IMG/VR virus record: IMGVR_UViG_3300009181_000033
Location: 1-64,000 of that record
Direction: 5' to 3' (one strand)
DNA length: 64,000 bases
Shown here: positions 53,163-61,913 of the stretch, piece after piece
How the letters are laid out: each line of letters opens with the position of its first letter
How positions within the stretch are numbered: position 1 is the first letter of the stretch
The notes under the pieces: model-generated
Databases searched by the model: none
What the model saw: only the letters and a program-made list of their open reading frames with translations
Told to the model about the DNA's origin: nothing
Made by a program: the position numbers and the translations under genes

Positions 53163-55457
53163 ATGGCTCAAACACATATACAACAGCATCAGATTAGCGG
53201 CTCGCTTTCAATGGACATCTCAGATAATGTCGAGCGCAATAATTTGGTTAAAGCAGGTCGCACAATTATTGACGACCTCAATTCACTTCGCTCACAGGTG
53301 AAAGGAATTCTCGGTTCAGCCGCATGGACCGACGAACAATCCATCTCCCTGCAGAACCTTAAGGCTCAGTTGACGGGAACCTTGGTTGCCAACTCAGCTT
53401 CTTTTGCCAGTGCCGTTTATGTGAGCGGTGCAGGTTCATTGGTGGTTGATGGCGCAGCTACATTTAACGAGGCAGCTGACTTCAACAATGGCATTACCGC
53501 TGATGTACTAAAGATCGATGGAGACGTCTCACAAAGACTCTACATCGTTGGTACCTCTGGTGAACTCAAAGACGAGTCAAAGCTCGTCTTCAATGGCTCA
53601 GCACTCACCGTGGACGGAGACCTCAACATCTCCGGAAGCTCAGTGTTTGCCAACCCAGCCGACTTTAACAATGGAATCACCACTGATGAACTAAAGGTTG
53701 ACGGCGACGTCTCACAACGTCTCTACATCGTTGGTGCCTCTGGTGAGCTCAAGGACGAAGAGAAGCTCGTCTTCAACGGTTCAGAACTCACAGTTGACGG
53801 CGGACTTAATGTCTCCGGAAGCATTGTGATGGGTGGGACTATCACGCTCAACGAAGCAGCCGACTTCAACAAAGGAATCACCGCTGATGAACTAAAAATC
53901 GACGGTGACACAGCCCAACGTCTCTACATCGTTGGTGCTTCTGGTGAGCTCAGGGACGAAGAGAAACTAACGTTTGATGGTTCAGAGTTAAATGTAACAG
54001 GGGATCTAGAGATCAGCGGAGCTGCTGACCTCAATGGTGCCTTGGATGTTGCTGGTCAAGTTGACCTCGCTGCCTCAGAGGTTGCCACCAACGTTCGTGG
54101 TACACTTTCAGTGGCGGAAGCCGCTGACCTCAATGGCACCCTAGACGTCGCTGGTCAAGTTGACCTCGCTGCCTCAGAGGTTGCCACCACAATCCGTGGC
54201 ACACTAAATGTTGCTGAGGAAACAACCCTCGCTTCTGCCAAGGTTTCTGACCTCACTCAGACTTATATTGTCTTCGCTGGTCTCGATGGCGCTCTTGAAG
54301 ACAGTGAGGCTCTCTCCTTCGCCTCAAACCAACTAACAGTTGGTGCTTCTGGCGCAGCTGGTTCTGTCACCATCAAGAATGCCTCTGGTGATCCAATCTT
54401 GCAAGCTGGCTCCGGTGAGCTAGTGATGCGTGACAACAATGGCGATGCAGTCTTGTACGTCAACTCGGTATCCAAGACCTTTGATCTGAAGAATGTTGAT
54501 GGAGACTCTACATTCCATGTTGCAGCAGCGTCAGGTAATACAGAGGTTGCCGGTACATTAGATTCAGCTGGTGACTTTGCGGTCGCCTCTGACAAATTCA
54601 CTGTCGCAGCAGCATCAGGTAACACCGCAGTTGCTGGTACATTAGATGTCACCGGGAACGCAATCTTTGCAGGAAACGTTCAGGTCGACGGAGATCTTCG
54701 CGTCAAGGGTTCGATGACCTACATCGACACCGTCAACATTCGCGTCGAGGATGCATTCATCTATCTCGCCACCGGCTCACTTGGATCCACCGATTCAGGT
54801 GTTGTCCTTCACGGTGGTGCTGGTGCTGATATGGACCTTGCCATCGCCCAAAAGGGCGGCTCTGGTGAGTTCATATTCGGCAAGGGCAATCGTGCCCCTG
54901 ACGGAGAAGGTGCTCTTGACGGAATGGTTCTCGTTCCTGCCAAGCTCAGTGAGGTAAAGTTCGGCTCAGCCGAAAATGCCCTCAGCGGCTCAATGTCAAT
55001 CGCCGGAAACGATATCAAGCTCGCCGCCTCGGCCGCTGCAATCGTATTCGACGATGCTTACCGTGCTTCTTCAACATACGCTGCTCCCATTAAGCTCGCC
55101 GCCTCGGCGTCCGAGTGGTCAGCGTTCCAGACACAGTATCCCGGCAAATCACTTCTCGGTGCCCTTGGTGCCGGCGGTGGTGTCGGTGTCAACTTCCGCA
55201 AGAAGATAATCATGGGGAACAATGCTAACTTCAGCGGCAATACACTTGACATCGCTGCAGCCGGCGTCGGTTCTCTTCGCAGCACCGCTCAGGCAGACTC
55301 CGACTATGGTCTCGATGTCTACCTCAACGGTGTCCTCTTGGCTCTCGGCGCTAGCGCCGACTACACAGTGCCAAGCGTATCACAAATCAGCTTCAACTAT
55401 GCTTTGAACAGCGATGACGTTCTCACAATCGTCGCCAAGAACATCGCATCTGCCTGA
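53163..55457 (+). CDS. Long beta-repeat fibre protein
   Basis: Start re-called at MAQTHI with SD AAGGAAGG; internal 61/67/55-aa and 33-aa repeats; VEDAFIYL..G trimer-fibre motif; C-terminal DVYLNGVLL..DYTV module. Confidence 0.8.
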   Translation: MAQTHIQQHQISGSLSMDISDNVERNNLVKAGRTIIDDLNSLRSQVKGILGSAAWTDEQSISLQNLKAQLTGTLVANSASFASAVYVSGAGSLVVDGAATFNEAADFNNGITADVLKIDGDVSQRLYIVGTSGELKDESKLVFNGSALTVDGDLNISGSSVFANPADFNNGITTDELKVDGDVSQRLYIVGASGELKDEEKLVFNGSELTVDGGLNVSGSIVMGGTITLNEAADFNKGITADELKIDGDTAQRLYIVGASGELRDEEKLTFDGSELNVTGDLEISGAADLNGALDVAGQVDLAASEVATNVRGTLSVAEAADLNGTLDVAGQVDLAASEVATTIRGTLNVAEETTLASAKVSDLTQTYIVFAGLDGALEDSEALSFASNQLTVGASGAAGSVTIKNASGDPILQAGSGELVMRDNNGDAVLYVNSVSKTFDLKNVDGDSTFHVAAASGNTEVAGTLDSAGDFAVASDKFTVAAASGNTAVAGTLDVTGNAIFAGNVQVDGDLRVKGSMTYIDTVNIRVEDAFIYLATGSLGSTDSGVVLHGGAGADMDLAIAQKGGSGEFIFGKGNRAPDGEGALDGMVLVPAKLSEVKFGSAENALSGSMSIAGNDIKLAASAAAIVFDDAYRASSTYAAPIKLAASASEWSAFQTQYPGKSLLGALGAGGGVGVNFRKKIIMGNNANFSGNTLDIAAAGVGSLRSTAQADSDYGLDVYLNGVLLALGASADYTVPSVSQISFNYALNSDDVLTIVAKNIASA
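53475..54218 (+). repeat. Internal tandem repeats of the fibre gene
   Basis: Three ADFN-x-GIT..QRLYIVG-x-SGEL units starting at 53475, 53658 and 53859; two near-identical 99-bp units starting at 54021 and 54120. Confidence 0.9.
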
Positions 55458-55477
55458 GGTTAATCTGTTAACAAAAT

Positions 55478-55509
55478 GAATGCGGGCGGGAAATTTCCCG
55501 CCCGCATTC
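55478..55509. terminator. Perfect 32-bp GC-rich palindrome, probable terminator of the fibre gene
   Basis: GAATGCGGGCGGGAAA/TTTCCCGCCCGCATTC, 21 nt after the stop. Confidence 0.75.
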
Positions 55510-55533
55510 TCTATTTGGAATATAATTAATAAC

Positions 55534-56127
55534 ATGAGCAGCCAAGTAAATCAAACAATAGAAGCATTATTAAATCACTCCAACAACAAGTTGGAAACTT
55601 CAAAAACATCAAATGTCTTTTCACAAGGTGCCGTTCAGGCTTCAAAGGAAATAGTCGCTTCCTTTGCTGAACACATTATCAAGCGTCGTGACGAATACGC
55701 CAATTTAGTCAAGCAAGAAAAAATGACGGCCGAGGCGGCCAACTTTGCGTTAACTCAGCTTAGGAGCGTCTCACTCTTTCTAGAGGAAAAGTTCAGAGAT
55801 TGCGAGAAGATAAGCTACGTAAAACAAGGCGAGCTCATAAGCATTAACTCCCAGGTCAACGAACTCCAAACTCTCCTCAGGGAAACAAACCAACAACATG
55901 TGCAAGTCACACCAGAGCCAATTCCTGTGGAAGCGGCACCTGTTTCTATTGAGCAGAAGGAAGAAAATTCTGTCGTAGAGCCCGTGATTGTTAAAAAAAG
56001 ACCAGATGAAATGGACACAAGAATTGGTAAAGCTGCCAAAGATATTAAAAACAGAAGAAAAGAAGCACAGGCCTTATCTTCACAAGTTCAAACAGAAATA
56101 AAGCGTCCAGGGCGACCCAAAAAATAA
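55534..56127 (+). CDS. Helical hypothetical protein with C-terminal AT-hook-like motif
   Basis: Start re-called at MSSQV (ATAATTA 5 nt upstream, 55522-55528); ends KRPGRPKK. Confidence 0.65.
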   Translation: MSSQVNQTIEALLNHSNNKLETSKTSNVFSQGAVQASKEIVASFAEHIIKRRDEYANLVKQEKMTAEAANFALTQLRSVSLFLEEKFRDCEKISYVKQGELISINSQVNELQTLLRETNQQHVQVTPEPIPVEAAPVSIEQKEENSVVEPVIVKKRPDEMDTRIGKAAKDIKNRRKEAQALSSQVQTEIKRPGRPKK

Positions 56128-56136
56128 TCAAATGGT

Positions 56137-56320
56137 CTAAGCCTTGTCTTCTCCATTTTCTCTCAAATAAATTTCATAACGTTTTTCATCGGAACACAAA
56201 ACATCGCCTACTATTAACCCAGGAAATTCCTCTGTCAAGTATTTGCAAAAGAATTCCTACTCTTAAATCATTTGGGGAAGAACTGGCATTCCATTCAACC
56301 AAGTTACCTTGTTTAGAATT
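56137..56320 (-). pseudogene. Frameshifted KOW-like gene remnant
   Basis: KQGNLVEW..RVGILLQIL in one frame continues as LIVGDVLCSDEKRYEIYLRE in another; no intact start. Confidence 0.45.
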
Positions 56321-56321
56321 C

Positions 56322-56540
56322 TCACGCGAGTGGCCTTAACCCTTCCAGGCGCACCCAACCCACCATTCCATCCACTAGCACCCTGTAATATGGAACATCC
56401 GTATTGGAAAAACCGAAATCTAAACAAACTGCAATCGATTTCTCGCTAAATGTTCCCACAAAAATTCGATGATGCCCAATGATATTCTTATAGATCTGTC
56501 TATCACCAAATGCAGACATCAACAAATCGCCAGGCTTCAT
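56322..56540 (-). CDS. KOW/SH3-like small protein
   Basis: MKPGDLL..RVLVDGMVGWV. Confidence 0.65.
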   Translation of the reverse strand: MKPGDLLMSAFGDRQIYKNIIGHHRIFVGTFSEKSIAVCLDFGFSNTDVPYYRVLVDGMVGWVRLEGLRPLA

Positions 56541-56546
56541 GAGTCC

Positions 56547-56576
56547 ACATTACCACAGCCGAAACAACATTTACAC
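56547..56576 (-). promoter_or_regulatory. Early/middle promoter candidate GTGTAA-N18-TAATGT
   Basis: Ends 6 nt upstream of ATG 56540. Confidence 0.55.
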
Positions 56577-56843
56577 CTCACGTAATAATGCATAACTAAC
56601 GTAACCAATTCCCTGTGGAAACATCACTTTTGCCCACTTGAAATCGGCTCGCGTCTGAACTGAAATGACCTCGAGAAGCACGCCAGGAGTTCGTAACGGA
56701 ACTAATATCTTCTCTCGAGGTATATCCACACCACGTGAAACAGAAGGTGAAGAGATATCGGTATACACGTTAGAGTACTTCACACCAGCATCATCTGTGG
56801 CGTTATAAGAACTATGAACGTGTACGAGATCACCGATGTTCAT
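56571..56843 (-). CDS. KOW/SH3-like small protein
   Basis: MNIGDLVHV..GVLLEV..KVMFPQGIGYV. Confidence 0.65.
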   Translation of the reverse strand: MNIGDLVHVHSSYNATDDAGVKYSNVYTDISSPSVSRGVDIPREKILVPLRTPGVLLEVISVQTRADFKWAKVMFPQGIGYVSYALLREV

Positions 56844-57391
56844 CTACGATTATAACTAGAACGGTATGGGGTATCACCGATAAGTTCAGTAACAACGGTA
56901 TTCTCTACCCTCAAACCGGTTCCGTTGAAATCAATTCGGTTCACATGAACCCCAAGTTCATCCGCCAATTTTTGAATTGGAACCTCTCCGTGAGAATCCC
57001 TCAGTTTCAAGAATGCATCATGAACATCCTGAGGATCTGGTGAATCCCATGAGGTTGGCATATCTCTATCAACATCACGGATGTAATCATCGAAACCCTT
57101 GGATTCTCTATTGAGTTGGTAAGGGGCCTTCCACTGTTTCTTTGGTTTCCCCGCGGATAAACCCTTCAGTTCACCACGAAGTTCCTCAAACTTATCGTTT
57201 GGAAGGGTGGTGTAACCCATCTCATCAACCTCAACGTGATCGAGGTATTGAGGAGGAACACTATCCATATCCAGAATCTCACCGGAATCACGGTTAACAA
57301 CACCGCCATCCTTCAATGGAGCTCCGGTTACTCTCTTCACCTCTTCACGGATAATCCTACGTAACTGTGATACTGTTATTTTCATGATCAA
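56840..57391 (-). CDS. Putative internal head protein (QLRxII leader family)
   Basis: MKITVSQLRRIIREEVKR. Confidence 0.65.
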   Translation of the reverse strand: MIMKITVSQLRRIIREEVKRVTGAPLKDGGVVNRDSGEILDMDSVPPQYLDHVEVDEMGYTTLPNDKFEELRGELKGLSAGKPKKQWKAPYQLNRESKGFDDYIRDVDRDMPTSWDSPDPQDVHDAFLKLRDSHGEVPIQKLADELGVHVNRIDFNGTGLRVENTVVTELIGDTPYRSSYNRR

Positions 57392-57687
57392 CCCTTATAG
57401 AACTGCCCGAGGTGAAGATCTTCCTCAACCTGCATGATGAGTTCCTCAATTTTTTCACCGAGAACTTCGCAAGCCGAATCGCACTGTGCTTCCCAAACAG
57501 GTTTACCACCGCTGGCATCCATGCTTGGATCCATGGGATCAAACTGGGATTTCCAACCATCACAAACCGCATCTAACATGGTTTGTAACTCGGCTGAACC
57601 GGTACCATACCCCAGTTCCTCCTTGAGGGTTGCTCTCTTAACTTCTTCTGCAATAATCCTACGTAGTTGTGTTGCGGTTAGTTTCAT
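57388..57687 (-). CDS. Putative internal head protein (QLRxII leader family)
   Basis: MKLTATQLRRIIAEEVKRATLKEE; ATAATTA 6 nt upstream (57694-57700). Confidence 0.65.
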   Translation of the reverse strand: MKLTATQLRRIIAEEVKRATLKEELGYGTGSAELQTMLDAVCDGWKSQFDPMDPSMDASGGKPVWEAQCDSACEVLGEKIEELIMQVEEDLHLGQFYKG

Positions 57688-57741
57688 AAACTTTAATTAT
57701 TCCTCACTTCTCATTTTTCAAGTTTATCACGGAGTTTCGTG

Positions 57742-58188
57742 TCAATTTTCCTCGCCCGGCCACTTCAGCGCGGCCTTGCACAGATCATAAACACTACAAT
57801 CATCATCACCCTGTTCAAAGGCATGGGATTTCAAACAATCCGCTTCAAGAATCACTTGGATAACACTCCTCATCTCCCTCAGTTTTTCTCGAAGCACGGA
57901 ACAATGGTAGTATCCAGCTTCCCCACAATGGCAAGGTTTCTCAGCCAACTCATCATCGGCTAGAATCCCATCCTTATTCCTCTCCCACCATTCCTTGGCC
58001 TGAAGAATCATGTTTTCGTTGATCTTATCTGTTCCATGAACTTCATTGAGAAATCCTACCTCCTCAAACTCCATCACCGGATCCTCAAATCCAAACAACT
58101 CACCTAGCTTGAAACTAACCTCTTCCTCACCAATCCTACAACAGATGAGATCGTTATTGTTGAACAGGAACCCGTATGAATCACTCAT
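57742..58188 (-). CDS. Hypothetical protein
   Basis: 148 aa; CHC-x6-HC cluster; coupled start. Confidence 0.6.
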   Translation of the reverse strand: MSDSYGFLFNNNDLICCRIGEEEVSFKLGELFGFEDPVMEFEEVGFLNEVHGTDKINENMILQAKEWWERNKDGILADDELAEKPCHCGEAGYYHCSVLREKLREMRSVIQVILEADCLKSHAFEQGDDDCSVYDLCKAALKWPGEEN

Positions 58189-58367
58189 GATACTTTCCTA
58201 AGAATTGAAGATGAATATCTAAAAATCTTTCCCCTGCTCTCATCGTTCATCATCAACACATTGTATAAATGCGTTCCACTATTAAGTTCTATGATCACGG
58301 CAAGTGGAGGTACGGAAAAACCAGGATGAAGAACCTGAACAAGATCACCTGGGGTTAAATCACTCAT
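58185..58367 (-). CDS. KOW-like small protein
   Basis: TPGDLVQV..AVIIE..YNVLM. Confidence 0.6.
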   Translation of the reverse strand: MSDLTPGDLVQVLHPGFSVPPLAVIIELNSGTHLYNVLMMNDESRGKIFRYSSSILRKVS

Positions 58368-58663
58368 ATTTCCTTCCTACCCATCAAGGAACTCCAAGGA
58401 TCCAATGTAACCCTACCTGGTTTCTTATTCTCATCCATGATGTGTTGTGATAGTGATGCTCCAATTCTCACATTCAACTCATGGCATTCCTCCCTACATT
58501 CCTGTAGGTTTCCTTCGAACTGTTCCAATGTTTGAAACCCCGGAACCTGAAGAACAACATAATAGAAATCCTCCATTTCACCACTGGAATTCTTAAACTG
58601 CCCGGCCGGAATCACGGTGAAAGGTTTCCAATCACTCAACATTCTTCTCCATCTCCTTTTCAA
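58364..58663 (-). CDS. Hypothetical protein
   Basis: 99 aa ORF in the coupled early array. Confidence 0.5.
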   Translation of the reverse strand: MKRRWRRMLSDWKPFTVIPAGQFKNSSGEMEDFYYVVLQVPGFQTLEQFEGNLQECREECHELNVRIGASLSQHIMDENKKPGRVTLDPWSSLMGRKEI

Positions 58664-58889
58664 TATTTACCCATTGAAGCACTAAACTTTTCAATCCCTC
58701 CCAGGGGTAAAGAATGTGATGGTTGCTGTTCTCGGTGGAGAACTTCACAAAGTAATTCACCTTGGAGTTTCCATCATCACCGATCTCAACCGATCCAACT
58801 ATCATCTCCATGGTAACATTGGTGCTCGTGGCGGTTGGGCCTGATACAGGAATCACCTTGTTGTTCTCTAGATCGATTTTATCACTCAT
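58632..58889 (-). CDS. Hypothetical protein
   Basis: 85 aa ORF in the coupled early array. Confidence 0.55.
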   Translation of the reverse strand: MSDKIDLENNKVIPVSGPTATSTNVTMEMIVGSVEIGDDGNSKVNYFVKFSTENSNHHILYPWEGLKSLVLQWVNIEKEMEKNVE

Positions 58890-59094
58890 TATTCATTTCC
58901 TCCGTTTTATTCAAACACTCCACCGAACAATAACTCCTACCACCAACACTATACCCCAATGCAAGGTTGAACCTCACCTCACAATCCGGATTGAAACAAG
59001 GAAAATCCTTTGCGTTTGGAATCTCCGATGTTTTCATTCCCTTGAACTCATCGGTTAACCACCATGATACCTTACCACAGTATTCCTCACACAT
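58882..59094 (-). CDS. Small zinc-finger protein
   Basis: CFNPDC..YCSVEC. Confidence 0.6.
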   Translation of the reverse strand: MCEEYCGKVSWWLTDEFKGMKTSEIPNAKDFPCFNPDCEVRFNLALGYSVGGRSYCSVECLNKTEEMNNE

Positions 59095-59558
59095 CAGCGA
59101 ACATCTTTCCTATGTGAAAACCAATCTGCTTGGCGGGTTGAATTGTTACAATAACCGCCAGTACCATTTTCCCTGCGAGTTTTACAAACCGAATCTTTAC
59201 AATTCAAACACATCTCTCCCGTTCCAGTATCAACAGTAGGATGACAGGAACATCGAGCATAATACTCACTCATCAGTGAACCTCCTCGGTTCTCCTTTAT
59301 CTTCCACGTTGTTTTTGAGGATAAGAGAGATTTGATCTCATCCAACACCAGATCGCCGTATTCCGATTGTTTGATTTCAAATACCATTGTGTTTCCGATG
59401 TGGGTTGGTTGGTAAACATCCAGGGATTTGAGGTGATTCTTTTTGAGGAACAACCCAACCTTCCTGTGAACCTCCCACAGTTCTGCATAACTTCCTTTTT
59501 GATCTGGAGATTCAATGGTTATCTTCAAAGTTCCTCCCCATACTCTCCCACCTATCAA
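59094..59558 (-). CDS. Hypothetical protein, possibly two fused genes
   Basis: Internal SD GGAGG before MSEYYARCSCHP..CLNC..C. Confidence 0.45.
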   Translation of the reverse strand: MIGGRVWGGTLKITIESPDQKGSYAELWEVHRKVGLFLKKNHLKSLDVYQPTHIGNTMVFEIKQSEYGDLVLDEIKSLLSSKTTWKIKENRGGSLMSEYYARCSCHPTVDTGTGEMCLNCKDSVCKTRRENGTGGYCNNSTRQADWFSHRKDVR

Positions 59559-59715
59559 TCATAACAATCCGATCCTTTACCAGATCATAGAAGAATTGGT
59601 ACTGGAATTCCGAGGTGAAATCTACCTCAAAATCCAGGTAATCCTCCGGGTTTGGATTCTCCACCCCGTTATGGGTTCTTGGTGGATCCAGAACAACTCT
59701 AATGGTTCTCAGCAT
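59512..59715 (-). CDS. Small hypothetical protein
   Basis: 67 aa, coupled array. Confidence 0.55.
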   Translation of the reverse strand: MLRTIRVVLDPPRTHNGVENPNPEDYLDFEVDFTSEFQYQFFYDLVKDRIVMIDRWESMGRNFEDNH

Positions 59716-59897
59716 GGTTCTTCACCCCAGTTAAAGTTCACTTCATCGAGCACAGAATCATATTTCGATTGCAATTCCCCAAGTTTCTCTCTCAAGAACT
59801 TGATGCAAACCCTTGGATTTGTGTGGGAATCCATGTTATCAAGTGGATCAAGTTCACCTTCACACTCCAAACAATATCTCACCACCTTCTTCTTCAT
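59709..59897 (-). CDS. Small zinc-binding/coiled protein
   Basis: CLEC..H-x4-C. Confidence 0.55.
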   Translation of the reverse strand: MKKKVVRYCLECEGELDPLDNMDSHTNPRVCIKFLREKLGELQSKYDSVLDEVNFNWGEEPC

Positions 59898-59908
59898 GGT
59901 TCCATCCT

Positions 59909-60121
59909 TCAGTATTCCTTAATGATTTTCTTGGTGGTTTTGAAACCATCCCAATCCACAACAACCTTCTCAATGATGACTGGATCATCTGGATCATAAT
60001 AGGGAGATTCCCGAATCCATGTTTCGGAAAACTTCTCCACATCACCCTTCTCTCCACTTTGTGCAAGGATCTTTCCTGATTTGGTGGAGGAAATGAAGTA
60101 GTGATGCCCTCTGTTCTTCAT
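59909..60121 (-). CDS. Small hypothetical protein
   Basis: 70 aa, coupled array. Confidence 0.55.
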   Translation of the reverse strand: MKNRGHHYFISSTKSGKILAQSGEKGDVEKFSETWIRESPYYDPDDPVIIEKVVVDWDGFKTTKKIIKEY

Positions 60122-60136
60122 GGTTCTACCTTACCA

Positions 60137-60418
60137 TCATCCTGCGGAACTTTGCACAACTTCCAGATATTCGGCTGGAATCCAGCCGGTATTTCCGTTG
60201 TTCACCATGATCTTATGGGAACGAGGAATTCCATTCATATCGAAGTGATCCTCAAGAACCACACCGGTGTTTTCACGGGTGAATCCTGAGTTATTTGCCC
60301 GAAACTCGCACTTGGGGTCCACGTACAGGTACGAGTGTTTCACGTACTTATCCTTGAAGAGAACTACGGAATCACCAATCTTCTTGATTGAAGTTGAGAG
60401 GGTGAACTTATTCCTCAT
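60137..60418 (-). CDS. SH3-like small protein
   Basis: KIGDSVV..TGVVLE..KIMVNNGNTGWIPAEYLEVV. Confidence 0.7.
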   Translation of the reverse strand: MRNKFTLSTSIKKIGDSVVLFKDKYVKHSYLYVDPKCEFRANNSGFTRENTGVVLEDHFDMNGIPRSHKIMVNNGNTGWIPAEYLEVVQSSAG

Positions 60419-60450
60419 GATTCAATTCTATCACCTCTCGGTTTCACTTT

Positions 60451-60693
60451 TCACCATCCCCAACCGGTATAAATCCCATCAGAAACAAATGGATAATTTG
60501 GATTTCTTCCCCTAGGAACTTCGTGTTCAAAGATTCCGTAGGAGGAATGAACCACGAGAATCCTTGAGATTCCATCCGAAGGAATTCCTGGAAGTTCACC
60601 TAGGATTGTGTAGATGCAGTTTCGCATTCTTGAAAGAATCACATCACCAGCCTGCAATTCCCATTCCAGGGCAATTCCACCAATTGATCTCAT
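60451..60693 (-). CDS. Small protein, paralog of 62432..62701
   Basis: ALEWELQAGDVIL..IYTILGELPGIP vs ALESELQVGDVIL..IYTIVGELPGIP. Confidence 0.7.
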   Translation of the reverse strand: MRSIGGIALEWELQAGDVILSRMRNCIYTILGELPGIPSDGISRILVVHSSYGIFEHEVPRGRNPNYPFVSDGIYTGWGW

Positions 60694-60830
60694 TACCCCA
60701 CCAGGTGTTTATCTGATTTCCACTCCGAAATGAGGAGCCAAAGGAAATTCCAAAATGATTCTCTGATGTACAGATAACCACCATGGTAACAACACCAACA
60801 CCTACCTTCACTAATTTCACCGGGTTTCAT
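60693..60830 (-). CDS. 45-aa protein, paralog of 62704..62886 (not in ORF track)
   Basis: MKPGEISEGRCWCCYHGGYLYIRESFWNFLWLLISEWKSDKHLVG*. Confidence 0.7.
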   Translation of the reverse strand: MKPGEISEGRCWCCYHGGYLYIRESFWNFLWLLISEWKSDKHLVG

Positions 60831-61083
60831 TGATCACCTTCACCCAACCTTCAAAGATCCATCCAGGCCCCTGAGGGAAAAGTGCATACAAGAATGTTCG
60901 ATCATCAAGCAGGTTTCCTGGTTTAACCGTTTGCTTCTTTAGGATGATTCCGGTTGTACCTTTCGGGATTTGAAATGATGGCCCTAACATTCCTACGTTG
61001 GCTCGCCAAGGAATTTTGGCACTTGAGTAAATGGTACCAACCTCATTGGCATGGAACACGATCATATCACCGGGTTGTTTCAT
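60817..61083 (-). CDS. KOW/SH3-like small protein
   Basis: MKQPGDMIV..TGIILK..YALFPQGPGWI. Confidence 0.65.
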   Translation of the reverse strand: MKQPGDMIVFHANEVGTIYSSAKIPWRANVGMLGPSFQIPKGTTGIILKKQTVKPGNLLDDRTFLYALFPQGPGWIFEGWVKVINETR

Positions 61084-61113
61084 GGTTCCAACGTACCTCT
61101 GTTCAGCGAAACA

Positions 61114-61611
61114 TCATGCTTCAATCTTTCTCATTCCCCAAATCTTCTGAGGATCGTACTCCAGAGAATATCGAATGGTTCCTCCTTCGGATTTCTCTGG
61201 AGTTTGCGATTCGATATCCCGGATTAGTTGTGCGTGATACTCAGGATCCAACTCGATTTCCCATAAGATATCTTCAGCATCCTCCACCACCACAGGAATG
61301 CCTCTTCTTGGTTCCACGTTTGGCTCAGAATAATCTTCTTCAGCCTCATCGGTTTCTACCCCAACGAATTGAATGAATTTCTGGAACCATTCCAGGATCT
61401 CGGAATCACCGCCAACAGATAGAAACGAAGAATCCCATTCGTTCGAGCGGTGGTGCCAGAAATCGATTGCCTCAGATTCACTAATGGTAACCCCTAGTTC
61501 CCTTTTGAGCACATCCTGGATCCGGTGAACATCCTCTAGATCATGGTACATCCCAGAGGTACCATTTCGGCACTGAAAGGTTTTTGTTACAATATCTTGA
61601 TTGATTTTCAC
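61114..61611 (-). CDS. Hypothetical protein
   Basis: 165 aa, acidic. Confidence 0.6.
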   Translation of the reverse strand: MKINQDIVTKTFQCRNGTSGMYHDLEDVHRIQDVLKRELGVTISESEAIDFWHHRSNEWDSSFLSVGGDSEILEWFQKFIQFVGVETDEAEEDYSEPNVEPRRGIPVVVEDAEDILWEIELDPEYHAQLIRDIESQTPEKSEGGTIRYSLEYDPQKIWGMRKIEA

Positions 61612-61913
61612 CGTTTCTCCTCCAACTTCTCATAATCCTTGATGATTTCCTCCCAATGATCCACCAAAAGTTCACCCAATTTTTCACCAACCAAACCAAG
61701 GTTAACCTTCTTTAGTTCCTCCAGGTTTGGTGAATATGAACCACCTAGAGGGAAATCCTTGAAGTGATGATGTTCATCTGAATCAATTCCTCGCCTGATT
61801 AATTCAGATAGCAGGTTGGCAAACCACACCTCGGTGTTAAAATTCCTTCCCTCTACATCAACATATAGATTGGAATCACCACCAAATTCTTTACAGGGAT
61901 TATCTATGCTCAT
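61608..61913 (-). CDS. Hypothetical protein
   Basis: 101 aa, ATGA-coupled. Confidence 0.6.
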   Translation of the reverse strand: MSIDNPCKEFGGDSNLYVDVEGRNFNTEVWFANLLSELIRRGIDSDEHHHFKDFPLGGSYSPNLEELKKVNLGLVGEKLGELLVDHWEEIIKDYEKLEEKR

